DNA of 64,000 nucleotides from Phenylobacterium sp. (GTDB lineage Bacteria; Pseudomonadota; Alphaproteobacteria; Caulobacterales; Caulobacteraceae): NCBI RefSeq assembly GCF_025351295.1, contig NZ_JANXWD010000087.1, positions 25,785 to 89,784 of the forward strand, read 5' to 3'. Shown piece by piece: positions 16,448 to 25,869 of this stretch (position 1 is its first letter; each line of letters starts with the position of its first letter). The notes under the pieces were generated by a model. It saw only the letters and a program-made list of their open reading frames with translations, ran no database searches and was not told where the DNA came from. The position numbers and the translations under genes were made by a program.

Positions 16448-19096
16448 ATGATGGACATGAAGGTCGCGCCCGAGATCCTCCCCGGCGCCGGCGCGGCCGT
16501 CCACTATCTGGAGAGCCTGCTCGAGGACGTGATCCGCTATCTGGACGGCGACGACGCCGCGGCGCTGGTCAAGCGCGCCCAGGGCGTGGCCCAGGCCGAC
16601 GACGAGGAGGCGCTGGAGGCGCTGTTCCACGGGCTGCGGACCGACCAAGCGGTCTATCTGGCGCGGGCCTTCACCTGCGCCTGCATGCTGCTGAATTTGG
16701 GCGAGGACGTCGCCGGCCGCCGCCTGGCCGCTGAGGCCGGGCCGGGCGACCTGCCGGCCACCCTGGCGCAGGCGGCCGAGCGGGTGGGCGCCAAGGCCGC
16801 CGCCCGGATCGTGCCGCGCATGGCCGTCTCGCCGGTGCTGACGGCGCATCCCACCGAGGTCCGCCGCCGCGCGGTGGTGGAGCGCGAGGCCGAGATCGCC
16901 GAACTGATGGCGCGCCGCGCCGACCCCGACCTGACGCCCGGCGAGGCGAAGCGGGTCAACGAGAACCTGTTCCGCGCCATGTGCCTGCTCTGGAAGGCGC
17001 GGATGCACCGGCCCGAGCGGATCACCCCCGCAGACGAGATCCGCAACACGCTGGCCATCGTCCGCCGCTCGATCCTGCCGGCGCTGTCGGAGATCTATGA
17101 CGGCTGGAGCGAGCAGTTCGAGACGGCGACGCCGCTGACCCTAGGCTCCTGGCTTGGCGGCGACCGCGACGGCCACCCCGGCGTCAGCGGCGAGACCCTG
17201 AAGCTGGCGCTGCGCTCGCAGGCCCGGCTGATCCTCAACCACTATTCCGACGAGGTCCGCGCCCTGTGGTTCGACATGGCGGTGACCGAGGAGCTGTCCC
17301 CGGTCAGCCCCGGCGTGATGGCGCTGGCCGACGCGACGCCGACACCGTCGGCGCATCGCCAGGACGAGCCCTATCGCGACGCGTTGCAGGAGATCTGGGA
17401 CCGGCTGGCGGCCACGGCCGACAAGCTGGCCGGCGGCGCCTGGGGCGGCACCACGCCCTATGCCAGCGCCGCGGCCTTCGTCGCCGACCTGGAGACCGTC
17501 CGCCAGTCGATCCGCCAGCACCTGGGCGAGCGGGTGATCGGCGCGCGGCTGCGCACCCTGATCGCGGTGGCCAAGGCGTGTGGCTTCCACCTGCTGTCGC
17601 TGGACCTGCGCCAGAACGCCGACGTGCACGAGCGGATGATCCACGAGCTCTATGTGCGGGCCGGGGTGGCGATCGACTACCTCGGGTCCGACGAGGCCGA
17701 GCGGGTGCGGGTGCTGAGCAAGGAACTGAGCCACGACCGGCCGCTGCGCTCGCCGTTCCTGGACTACAGCGAGGAGACCACCCGCGAGCTGGGCGCCCTG
17801 GACGCCGCCGCCGAGGTGGTGCGCCTCTACGGCGAGAAGGCGCTCGGCGCCTACATCATCTCGAAAACCGCCAGCCTGTCGGACGTGCTGGAGCCGCTGG
17901 TGCTGCTGAAGCAGGCGGGGCTGGTGAGGGGCGGCGACAACGGGCGCAGCGCCGTGCGGATCACGCCGCTGCTGGAGACCATCGGCGACCTGGAGCACGG
18001 GCCGGAGCTGCTGCGCCAATGGCTGGCCCTGCCGCTGCCGCCCGCCCTGTTCGGCGAGGCGACGTGGCGCGAGGTGATGCTGGGCTATTCGGACAGCAAC
18101 AAGGACGGCGGCTACGTCGCCTCACGGCACAATGTGGCCAAGGCGGCGGCGACCCTGGCGGCCCAGGCGCGCGGGCAGGGTGTCGACCTGTGGTACTTCC
18201 ACGGCCGCGGCGGCTCGGTGGGGCGCGGCGGCGGGCCGGCGGCCCAGGCGGTGATGGCCCAGCCGCCCGGCACGGTGAAGGGACGCATCCGCACGACCGA
18301 GCAGGGGGAGATGATCTCGCGGCGGTTCGGCGACCGGCCCACCGCGGTGCGCAGCCTGGAGAGCCTGGCCGCCGCCACCCTGATGGCCAGCGCGCGGCCG
18401 GACGAGAACCCCTGCGTCGACGGCTGCGCCGATATGCTGGAGACCCTGAGCCAGGCCTCCTTCGCCGCCTACCGCGAGCTGGTCTATGACAATCCGGGCT
18501 TCGAGGACTTCTTCTGGGCGGCCACCCCGATCGCCGAGATCGTCGGCCTGAACATCGGCAGCCGCCCGGCCTCGCGCACCGCCAGCCGGCGGATCGAGGA
18601 CCTGCGGGCGATCCCCTGGGTGTTCAGCTGGTCGCAGGCCCGCGTCATGCTGCCGGCCTGGTACGGGTTCGCGGGCGGCGCGGCCAAGGCCGGGTTGTCG
18701 GCGCAGGACCTGAAGACCCTGACCGAGGACCAGGTATTCTCGACCCTGGTCTCCAACATGGAGGTGGCGCTGGCGCAGTCGGACATGGGCATCGCCGCCA
18801 AGTACGCCGCACTCTGTCCGAACCCCGCAAGCCGGTCGATCTTCGAGCGCATCCGGGCCGAGCACGCCCAGGCCTGCGAGCTGGTGCTGGCGATCCGCGG
18901 CGGGACGACCCTGCTCGACAACCATCCGAAGATGGCCGAGTCGGTGGCGCTGGCCGCCGAGGTGGTGGACCCGCTGAACCACCTGCAGGTGGAACTGCTC
19001 TCCCGCCGCCGCGCCGGCGACGACGACCCGCAACTGAAGCTGGCCATCCAGCTGACGGTGGCGGGGGTGGCGTCGGGGCTGCGGAACACGGGGTGA
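16448..19096 (+). CDS. ppc: phosphoenolpyruvate carboxylase
   Basis: VLTAHPTE, GGDRDG, MLGYSDSNKDGG, FHGRGGSVGRGG, LRAIPWVFSW and C-terminal LRNTG; GGAGG SD. Confidence 0.97.
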   Translation: MMDMKVAPEILPGAGAAVHYLESLLEDVIRYLDGDDAAALVKRAQGVAQADDEEALEALFHGLRTDQAVYLARAFTCACMLLNLGEDVAGRRLAAEAGPGDLPATLAQAAERVGAKAAARIVPRMAVSPVLTAHPTEVRRRAVVEREAEIAELMARRADPDLTPGEAKRVNENLFRAMCLLWKARMHRPERITPADEIRNTLAIVRRSILPALSEIYDGWSEQFETATPLTLGSWLGGDRDGHPGVSGETLKLALRSQARLILNHYSDEVRALWFDMAVTEELSPVSPGVMALADATPTPSAHRQDEPYRDALQEIWDRLAATADKLAGGAWGGTTPYASAAAFVADLETVRQSIRQHLGERVIGARLRTLIAVAKACGFHLLSLDLRQNADVHERMIHELYVRAGVAIDYLGSDEAERVRVLSKELSHDRPLRSPFLDYSEETTRELGALDAAAEVVRLYGEKALGAYIISKTASLSDVLEPLVLLKQAGLVRGGDNGRSAVRITPLLETIGDLEHGPELLRQWLALPLPPALFGEATWREVMLGYSDSNKDGGYVASRHNVAKAAATLAAQARGQGVDLWYFHGRGGSVGRGGGPAAQAVMAQPPGTVKGRIRTTEQGEMISRRFGDRPTAVRSLESLAAATLMASARPDENPCVDGCADMLETLSQASFAAYRELVYDNPGFEDFFWAATPIAEIVGLNIGSRPASRTASRRIEDLRAIPWVFSWSQARVMLPAWYGFAGGAAKAGLSAQDLKTLTEDQVFSTLVSNMEVALAQSDMGIAAKYAALCPNPASRSIFERIRAEHAQACELVLAIRGGTTLLDNHPKMAESVALAAEVVDPLNHLQVELLSRRRAGDDDPQLKLAIQLTVAGVASGLRNTG

Positions 19097-19106
19097 GTGC
19101 GCGGTC

Positions 19107-19240
19107 CCAGCGCCCCCTCCACCGCTTCGCGGTCCCCCTCCACCGCTGTCACGGGTGAGGAACTTATGCCGATCGTCCCAGCCAGGTTCCTCACCCGCTT
19201 GCGGGGGAGGGGGACCCCGAAGGGGTGGAGGGGGCGCTGG
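19107..19240. repeat. hairpin doublet element (CCCCCTCC/GGAGGGGG)
   Basis: Arms of about 55 bp (19107-19163 / 19186-19240) are imperfect inverted copies. Confidence 0.85.
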
Positions 19241-19294
19241 CGCATGCGGAGACGCCGCCACATCCCCGCCGCGATGCTGCGCGAACGGAGGCCC

Positions 19295-19876
19295 ATGCGC
19301 ATCCTGGCCCTGGCCCTCCTGCTGATCGTCCCCGCCGCCGCGTCGCGCGCCGACCCGGTGCAGGAGGCGCGCTCCGCCACCTCGGCCTGCCTGTCGGCGG
19401 TCATCAATGGCGCGCCGGTCGAGGATATCGACGGCGACGACGTCACCATCCGCCGCGGCAAGGACCCGGTGAGTTGCACGGTCACCGTCACGGCGGGCGA
19501 GCCGGTGGTGATCCGCGACGCGGTGCTGGTGGCGCTAAAGCGGCGGCCGGAGATCTTCAGCCCGGCGCGCACCGCCTGGGAGCCGGCGGGCCTGGCCTCG
19601 CGGGAAACCTTCTGCAACCTGCCGGGCCGCCGCGCCTATGCGGCCTTCGTCTCGACCGCCAAGCCCGGCCTCAGCCCGGTGGTGATCGCCACCGTGTTCG
19701 AGATGGCGAAGCGCGATGACCGCTGCGACCGCGACATGGGTCTGCAGATGACGGCGGCCAATACGGAGACCGCCGCGCCAGCCACGGCGGCGGCCGCTGT
19801 CGCGCCAACCGCAACGCCGGCGAAATCCAAGCGCTGGCGCCTGCCGCATATTCCGGGAACGCCGCGCCAGGACTGA
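19295..19876 (+). CDS. secreted hypothetical protein with four Cys
   Basis: Signal peptide MRILALALLLIVPAAASRA; GGAGG SD. Confidence 0.75.
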   Translation: MRILALALLLIVPAAASRADPVQEARSATSACLSAVINGAPVEDIDGDDVTIRRGKDPVSCTVTVTAGEPVVIRDAVLVALKRRPEIFSPARTAWEPAGLASRETFCNLPGRRAYAAFVSTAKPGLSPVVIATVFEMAKRDDRCDRDMGLQMTAANTETAAPATAAAAVAPTATPAKSKRWRLPHIPGTPRQD

Positions 19877-19893
19877 CGCGCGCTTTCGTCGCC

Positions 19894-20676
19894 TCAGGCG
19901 TTGCGCGCCATCAGGCCGCCGTCGACGGGGATCGTGGTCCCGGTGATGAACGAGGCCGCCGGAAGGCAAAGGCTGAGCGTCATGTGGGCGACTTCCTCGG
20001 GGCGGCCGTAGCGGCGGAGCGCCGTGCGGCGCCGCGCGTAGGTCGCCTTGTCGGCGTCGGGGATGGCCTCGGTCATGCCGGTGAGGATCGGGCCCGGGCA
20101 GATGCAGTTGACGGTGATCCCCTCAGGCCCGAGCTCAACGGCCAGCGCCCGGGTGAGCCCGGTGACCGCGGCCTTGGCGGCGGCATAGGGGCTGTCGCGG
20201 CTGGTGGCGCCCAACGCTTCGGTGGAGGCAATGTTGACGATGCGCGGCGCGGCGGACTTGCGCAGGTGGGGCAGGGCGGCGCGGATCAGCCGCTGCTGGG
20301 CAGTGATCAGGATGTTGAAGGCGCGGCCCCAGACGGCCTCGTAGCTGTCGGAGTCGATGGGAGCGAAGGCCGAGATCCCGGCGTTGTTGACCAGGATGTC
20401 GATGCCGCCGAACCGCTTGGCCACCGCGGCGACCGTCAGCTCGATGGCGGCGGGGTCGCCGATGTCCAGGGTCCAGGCCTCGGCCGAGTAGCCGCGGTGG
20501 GTGAGGTCATCGGCCACCTCGCGGACGCTCTCGGCGGCGATGTCGGTGACGGCCACGTGGGCGCCCTCGGCGGCGAAGACCTCGGCGGTGGCCCGGCCCA
20601 TGCCGCTGGCGGCGCCGGTGATCAGGACGGTGGAGCCGGCGACGGAGCGCCCGTTGGCCTTGCCGGAGTCGGTCAT
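19894..20676 (-). CDS. SDR family oxidoreductase
   Basis: TGAASGMG, NNAG and YAAAK motifs. Confidence 0.93.
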   Translation of the reverse strand: MTDSGKANGRSVAGSTVLITGAASGMGRATAEVFAAEGAHVAVTDIAAESVREVADDLTHRGYSAEAWTLDIGDPAAIELTVAAVAKRFGGIDILVNNAGISAFAPIDSDSYEAVWGRAFNILITAQQRLIRAALPHLRKSAAPRIVNIASTEALGATSRDSPYAAAKAAVTGLTRALAVELGPEGITVNCICPGPILTGMTEAIPDADKATYARRRTALRRYGRPEEVAHMTLSLCLPAASFITGTTIPVDGGLMARNA

Positions 20677-20680
20677 GGGG

Positions 20681-21493
20681 TCAGCGTCCTTCGAACACGG
20701 GCGCGCGCTTCTCGAGGAAGCTGGCGACGCCCTCCTTGTGGTCGGCTGTCTGCATCAGCAGCCGGATCTTCTCGATCGCCCAGGCCCCGATCTCGCGCGG
20801 GTCGCCATAGGCATAGCGGCTGAGGCCCGCCTTCAGGTGGCGCACGGCGAGCGGCGGGTTGGCGGCGATGCGGGCGGCGAGCGCCCGGGTCTGGGGCATC
20901 AGGTCTTCGTGCGCCGCGACCTGGGTGACCAGGCCGATCCGCAGCGCCTCGGCGGCGTCGATGATGTCGCCGGTGAACAGCAGCTCGGCGGCCTTGGCCG
21001 GGCCGACGATGGCCGGCAGGCGATAGAAGCCGCCCACGTCGCAGACCAGGCCGCGCTTGACGAACAGCTCGCCGAACCTGGCCTTCTCCGAGGCGATGCG
21101 GATGTCGGCGAACAGGGCCAGCTCCATGCCCCAGCCGACCGCCGCGCCGTTGATGGCGGCGATCACCGGCTTGTCGCACTCCAGAGCCGCGATGGCCGCC
21201 GGGGTCGCCTGGAAGGTCACCGGCATGGGCGCCCGCGAGGCCGGCTTCGGCCCGGCCATGATCTCGCCCACGTCGTCGCCGGAGCAGAAGGCCGGGTCGG
21301 CGCCGGTGACGATCACGCAGCGCACGTCCGGGTCGGCGGTGGCGGCGCGGAACGCCTGCTCCAGCTCGTCATAGGCGCGGTAGTTCAGCGCATTGCGCCG
21401 CTGCGGCCGGTCCAGGGTGATGGTCGCGACATGGTCCTGGAGCCCGCAGACGACGTGCTCGAAGCCGGCGCTCTTCTCGGTCAACGAGACCAT
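20681..21493 (-). CDS. enoyl-CoA hydratase/isomerase family protein
   Basis: FCSGDD, AINGAAVGWGMEL; start MVSLTEK. Confidence 0.92.
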   Translation of the reverse strand: MVSLTEKSAGFEHVVCGLQDHVATITLDRPQRRNALNYRAYDELEQAFRAATADPDVRCVIVTGADPAFCSGDDVGEIMAGPKPASRAPMPVTFQATPAAIAALECDKPVIAAINGAAVGWGMELALFADIRIASEKARFGELFVKRGLVCDVGGFYRLPAIVGPAKAAELLFTGDIIDAAEALRIGLVTQVAAHEDLMPQTRALAARIAANPPLAVRHLKAGLSRYAYGDPREIGAWAIEKIRLLMQTADHKEGVASFLEKRAPVFEGR

Positions 21494-21616
21494 GGGCGCT
21501 CCTCCCTTGGGCGTCATCGTTCGCGCGTGGGGCGGCAAGGTCAACGGTGACGCCGGGTCAGTCTTGCCAGGAGGTCGCCCGGGGCGAAGATGCAGCAAAA
21601 CCAGACGAGGAGACCC

Positions 21617-22582
21617 ATGCCGGACTTCCGGACCATCGACGCCGGCCATGTGAAGCTGCGCGCCGCCGTCGAGGGCGAGGGTCCGCTGGTGATCATGGTC
21701 CACGGCTTCCCCGAGAGCTGGTACTCCTGGCGCCACCAGATCGGGCCTGTCGCGCAGGCCGGCTTCCAGGTCGCCGCCCTCGACGTTCGCGGCTATGGCG
21801 GGTCGGACAAGCCGCGGCCCATCGAGGCCTATTCGATGCAGGAACTGACCGGCGATGTGCTCGGCGTCGCCGAGGCGCTGGCGCCGGGCCAACAGGCCAT
21901 CCTCATCGGCCACGACTGGGGCGCACCCATCGTCTGGAACACCGCGCTCAGCCGCCCCGACCGCATCCGCGCCGTCGCCGGCCTGTCGGTGCCGTTCAGC
22001 GGCGTGCCGCAGCGGGCGTTCACGGACATCTTCAAAGAGCTGTTCACGGACAAGGGCCACTTCTTCTACCAGGCCTGGTTCCAGGAGGTGGGGCCGCCCG
22101 AGGCGGAGGCCGAGAAGGACGTTCGCGACTTCCTGCGCAAGTTCTACTTCGGCATCGCCGGGGAGGCGCCAGAGGGAAGTTGGCCGCAGAAGGCGCACGG
22201 CGCGACCATGCTGGAAGGCATGATTGACCCCGGTCAGTTCCCGGCGTGGCTGTCGCCCGCGGACCTCGACTACTACGTCGGCGAGTTCGAGGGCTCCGGC
22301 TTCCGGGGACCGATCAGCCGCTATCGCAACCACGAGCGCGACTTCGAATGGCTGCAACAGTTCAAGGACCGCAAGCTGACCATGCCGACCGCGCTGATCG
22401 GCGGCGACCGCGACCCGGCGTTCAACGGCTTCGGCCGCATTCCGGACCCGGCGGCGATGATGCGCGGCCACGTCACCGACCTGCGCAGCGTCCACGTCCT
22501 GCCGGGCTGCGGGCACTGGACGCAGCAGGAACGGCCGGCCGAGGTGACCGCGATTCTGCTCGACTGGCTGAAGGGGCTCTGA
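21617..22582 (+). CDS. epoxide hydrolase-like alpha/beta hydrolase
   Basis: HGFPESWYSW, GHDWG and GHWTQQE motifs. Confidence 0.92.
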   Translation: MPDFRTIDAGHVKLRAAVEGEGPLVIMVHGFPESWYSWRHQIGPVAQAGFQVAALDVRGYGGSDKPRPIEAYSMQELTGDVLGVAEALAPGQQAILIGHDWGAPIVWNTALSRPDRIRAVAGLSVPFSGVPQRAFTDIFKELFTDKGHFFYQAWFQEVGPPEAEAEKDVRDFLRKFYFGIAGEAPEGSWPQKAHGATMLEGMIDPGQFPAWLSPADLDYYVGEFEGSGFRGPISRYRNHERDFEWLQQFKDRKLTMPTALIGGDRDPAFNGFGRIPDPAAMMRGHVTDLRSVHVLPGCGHWTQQERPAEVTAILLDWLKGL

Positions 22583-22584
22583 AC

Positions 22585-23382
22585 ATGGCCGATCTGGAAC
22601 TGCGCCAGGAGGGCGAGGTGGTCTGGGCGACCATGAACCGGCCCGACCGGCTGAACGCGCTGTCGCGCAACCTGGTCACCGAACTCAGGGAATTCTTCGT
22701 CGGGCTGTACTGGCGGCGCGACGTGCGCGTGGTGGTGCTGCAGGGGGCCGGCAAGGCGTTCTGCGCCGGGCTGGACCTGAAGGAGCGGGGCGATCCGCAG
22801 GCGCCGCGCGGCATCGGGGCCGGGCTCACCCGCCAGCGGGAGATCAGCGAGATCGTCATCGCCATGCGGCGCTGTCCGCAGCCGATCATCGCCTGCGTGA
22901 CCGGGCCGGCGGCGGGCGGCGGGTTCGCCCTGGCCCTGGCCAGCGACGTGCGGCTGGCGACGCCGGATGTGCGCATGAACGCCGCCTTCATCCGCATCGG
23001 CCTGTCGGCCTGCGACATCGGGGTCAGCTATTTCCTGCCGCGGATGGTGGGGTCGTCGGTGGCCGCCGAATACATGCTGACCGGCCGGTTCATCACCGCC
23101 GAGCGGGCCTACCAGCTGGGCCTCGTCAGCCGGGTGATCGAGCGCGAGCAGATGGAGGCGGAGGCCCGCGGCTTCGTCGACGACATGCTGCACGCCACGC
23201 CGCTGGGCCTGCGCCTGACCAAGGAGGCGCTGAACCACGCCATCGACGCCCAGGGGCTGGAGGCGACCATCGCCATGGAGGACCGTAACCAGATCCTGGC
23301 CAGCTCGGACGGCGACTTCCAGGAGGGCGTCCAGGCGTTCCTGGAGAAGCGGAAGCCCAACTACGCCAAGCGGGGGGGATGA
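22585..23382 (+). CDS. enoyl-CoA hydratase/isomerase family protein
   Basis: FCAGLDL and AAGGGFALAL motifs. Confidence 0.92.
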   Translation: MADLELRQEGEVVWATMNRPDRLNALSRNLVTELREFFVGLYWRRDVRVVVLQGAGKAFCAGLDLKERGDPQAPRGIGAGLTRQREISEIVIAMRRCPQPIIACVTGPAAGGGFALALASDVRLATPDVRMNAAFIRIGLSACDIGVSYFLPRMVGSSVAAEYMLTGRFITAERAYQLGLVSRVIEREQMEAEARGFVDDMLHATPLGLRLTKEALNHAIDAQGLEATIAMEDRNQILASSDGDFQEGVQAFLEKRKPNYAKRGG

Positions 23383-24020
23383 GCATGATCGAGCTGTGGC
23401 ACTGTCCCGACGCCCGCTCGTTCCGCGTCCTGTGGGCGCTGGAGGAACTGGGGCTGCCGTATAAGCTGCACCTGATGCCGTTCCCGCCGCGGGTGCGGCA
23501 GCCGGCGTATCTGGAGATCAATCCGCTCGGCACCATTCCGGCGATGCAGGACGGCGCGACGTTCATGACCGAGAGCGCGGCCATCGTGCAGTACCTGGCG
23601 ACCCGCCACGCACCGAACGACCTGGTGATCCAGCCCGACCACCCGACCTATGGCGCCTGGCTGAACTGGCTGCACTTCGGGGAGGCGACGCTGACGTTTC
23701 CGCAAACCCTGGTGCTGCGCTATCGCCAGCTGGAGCCCGGCCGCGCCGAGCATGTGGCCGACGACTACGCCAAGTGGTTCATGAGCCGCCTGCGCCACGT
23801 CGACCGCGCCCTGGCCGAGGACGACTACCTCTGTCTTGGACGGTTCACGGCGGCCGATATTTCCGTGGGTTATGCCCTCTTGCTCGCCGAGCAGCTGAAG
23901 CTGAGCGGGCGGTTCACCCCGGCCATCCAGGCCTATTGGGCGCGGCTGAAGTCCCGGCCCGCCTTCCTCGCCGCCAAACTGGCCCAGAAACACGATCTCT
24001 CGGAGCCGCTGTCGTCATGA
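23379..24020 (+). CDS. glutathione S-transferase family protein
   Basis: RSFRVLW, INPLGTIP, TESAAI and FTAADI motifs. Confidence 0.92.
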   Translation: MSMIELWHCPDARSFRVLWALEELGLPYKLHLMPFPPRVRQPAYLEINPLGTIPAMQDGATFMTESAAIVQYLATRHAPNDLVIQPDHPTYGAWLNWLHFGEATLTFPQTLVLRYRQLEPGRAEHVADDYAKWFMSRLRHVDRALAEDDYLCLGRFTAADISVGYALLLAEQLKLSGRFTPAIQAYWARLKSRPAFLAAKLAQKHDLSEPLSS

Positions 24021-24808
24021 TCACGCTCTACGACCACCCGCTCTCGCCCTACGCCCAGAAGGTCAAGATCGCGCTGCGCGAGAAGGGCCTGGCCTATGAG
24101 ACCGCCATGCCCGGCGGGCTGGGGGCCGGCGGCGCGGCGGGCGAGTTCGTCGAGGCCAGCCCGCGCGCCGAGGTGCCGGCCCTGGTCGACGGCGACGTCC
24201 GGGTGTTCGACAGCACCATCATCCTGGAATATCTGGACGACGCCTATCCGGACCCGGCCATGCGCCCGGCCAACGCCGCCGATCGCGCCCGCGTGCGGAT
24301 GCTGGAGGAGGTGATGGACACCCACTTCGAGGCCATCAACTGGGGCCTGTCGGAGATCCGCTGGTTCCGCCGCGCCGAGGGCGCGCAGGCCGACGTGTTG
24401 TTCGCCGCCGCCAAGACCCAGACCGAGGGCTTCTTCGCCTGGCTGGAGAAGCAGCTGGGGGATCGCGAGTGGTTCAACGGCGCGGCCTTCGGCTGGGGGG
24501 ACCTGTCCGTCGTGCCCTACCTGAACGGCTCGGTAGGCCAGGGCCATCCGCCGGCCGAGGGGTCGAAGCTGGCGGCCTGGCTGGCCCGCGCCAACGCCCG
24601 CCCGTCGGTCGCCGCCTGCGTCGCCGACATCGCCCAGCTGAACGCCGGCGCCAGCATGCCGAACGTCGCCGAACTGGTGGAGCAGGGCCTGTTCAAGCGC
24701 GAATACCGCGACCACCGCCTGGAATGGATGATCAAGTCCGGCGGCATCGACGTGGTGTTGAAAGGCCTGGAACGCGACAACATCCGCTTCGCGCCGGCGT
24801 TCGGCTGA
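24017..24808 (+). CDS. glutathione S-transferase family protein
   Basis: SPYAQKV, EVPAL and DSTIILEYL motifs; ATGA overlap with the previous gene. Confidence 0.92.
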   Translation: MITLYDHPLSPYAQKVKIALREKGLAYETAMPGGLGAGGAAGEFVEASPRAEVPALVDGDVRVFDSTIILEYLDDAYPDPAMRPANAADRARVRMLEEVMDTHFEAINWGLSEIRWFRRAEGAQADVLFAAAKTQTEGFFAWLEKQLGDREWFNGAAFGWGDLSVVPYLNGSVGQGHPPAEGSKLAAWLARANARPSVAACVADIAQLNAGASMPNVAELVEQGLFKREYRDHRLEWMIKSGGIDVVLKGLERDNIRFAPAFG

Positions 24809-24931
24809 GCCCGGCACGCCGGCGCAAGCGCACCGGATCCCCCTTCGGCAACGCCTGCAGCAATCGGCGATCAGGACTGGCGCCAAAGCTGCGCCTATCA
24901 CATGCTTCTCACGTAACGAGAGGATCCCGAC

Positions 24932-25159
24932 ATGCCAACGTTCAGAGCCGTTACAAGTGCGAGCAGCGACGTGATCCACGTCAACGTGGAGCACGTCGTG
25001 TATGTTCAGGCTGTCGACAAGAATTTTACCACTCTGTTCCTGCTCGGGAGCGGGGAAATGAGACTTCAAGCCCCGGTCCACGACGTCCTTTCGCAGATAG
25101 CGGGGGTTCCGGAAGCGCCGCATCCGGCCCCACCCGTGGGCAAGGTCCACCCAAAATAG
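24932..25159 (+). CDS. small FlbD-like hypothetical protein (paralogue 1)
   Basis: 75 aa; GAGG SD; aligns with 25281-25499; lower GC. Confidence 0.75.
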   Translation: MPTFRAVTSASSDVIHVNVEHVVYVQAVDKNFTTLFLLGSGEMRLQAPVHDVLSQIAGVPEAPHPAPPVGKVHPK

Positions 25160-25280
25160 GTCTACGCAGTCCAGATGGGCGCCTCTGAGGTGACAGGCTC
25201 GAAAAGGATCGAACTTTCCTGTATGAGGCGCAGTGTCCCACGGAAAACACTAGCTTTACGTTCAGAAAGTGAGCGACCCG

Positions 25281-25499
25281 ATGCAGGTATTCGTGAGTTT
25301 TACCAAAGTTGATGGTGACACGCTGCACGTCAACGTGAAGGATATCGTCTCTCTTCAACCCGCAAACCGCATCTTCCCGGACGACACCTCCATGGTTCTG
25401 GCTGACGGAAGTTTTTTTGCCTTGCATGGAACAGTTTCAGAGAACTTGGCGCGAATAGAGGGCGTCCCGCTGGCGACCCACCCCGCCCCACTGCCGTAG
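25281..25499 (+). CDS. small FlbD-like hypothetical protein (paralogue 2)
   Basis: 72 aa; shares HVNV and GVPxAxHPAP with paralogue 1. Confidence 0.75.
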   Translation: MQVFVSFTKVDGDTLHVNVKDIVSLQPANRIFPDDTSMVLADGSFFALHGTVSENLARIEGVPLATHPAPLP

Positions 25500-25527
25500 C
25501 GATTTCAGGATTTTTCAGGATTACGCT

Positions 25528-25597
25528 GACAGTTTACTCAATTTTATCTTAGCTGCGGCCGCGCAGCGACTCACCGGATGCAATTGAGTAAACTGTC
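25528..25597. repeat. 70-bp element with perfect 16-bp inverted repeat
   Basis: GACAGTTTACTCAATT (25528-25543) / AATTGAGTAAACTGTC (25582-25597), 38-nt spacer. Confidence 0.85.
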
Positions 25598-25691
25598 GCC
25601 GAAATTGATCGTCGCGCCGGACGAGGCGTAGTGGCAAAGCCCGGCATGAACCGCCCGGACTCCCCGGACGGGCCGACAGGCCCCATCATTG

Positions 25692-25761
25692 AACCGCAGA
25701 AAATGCAGAAGCGGACGGGCGCGCGCCGAGGTTCTGCGTCGTTACCGCGTTTTCTGCGGTT
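25692..25761. repeat. 70-bp element with 15-bp inverted repeat
   Basis: AACCGCAGAAAATGC (25692-25706) / GCGTTTTCTGCGGTT (25747-25761); 14 of 15 pair plus one G-U; 40-nt spacer. Confidence 0.8.
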
Positions 25762-25869
25762 GAAGTCGGCTGACGCGTCCCTTCCGTTGCGGCGCCGTTG
25801 CAGGGCCGTGTGGTTGGCTTAGGCTTGCGCCAACAACGACAATGCCTGCCGACCCTGGGAGGACGGACC

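Noticed and set aside
25631-25822. 63-aa ORF across the second inverted repeat
   Set aside because: No SD, no recognisable motif, composition typical of spurious ORFs.
25812-25830. Sigma-54-like TGGC...TTGC upstream of the CoA ligase
   Set aside because: GG-to-GC spacing is 9 nt, not the required 10.
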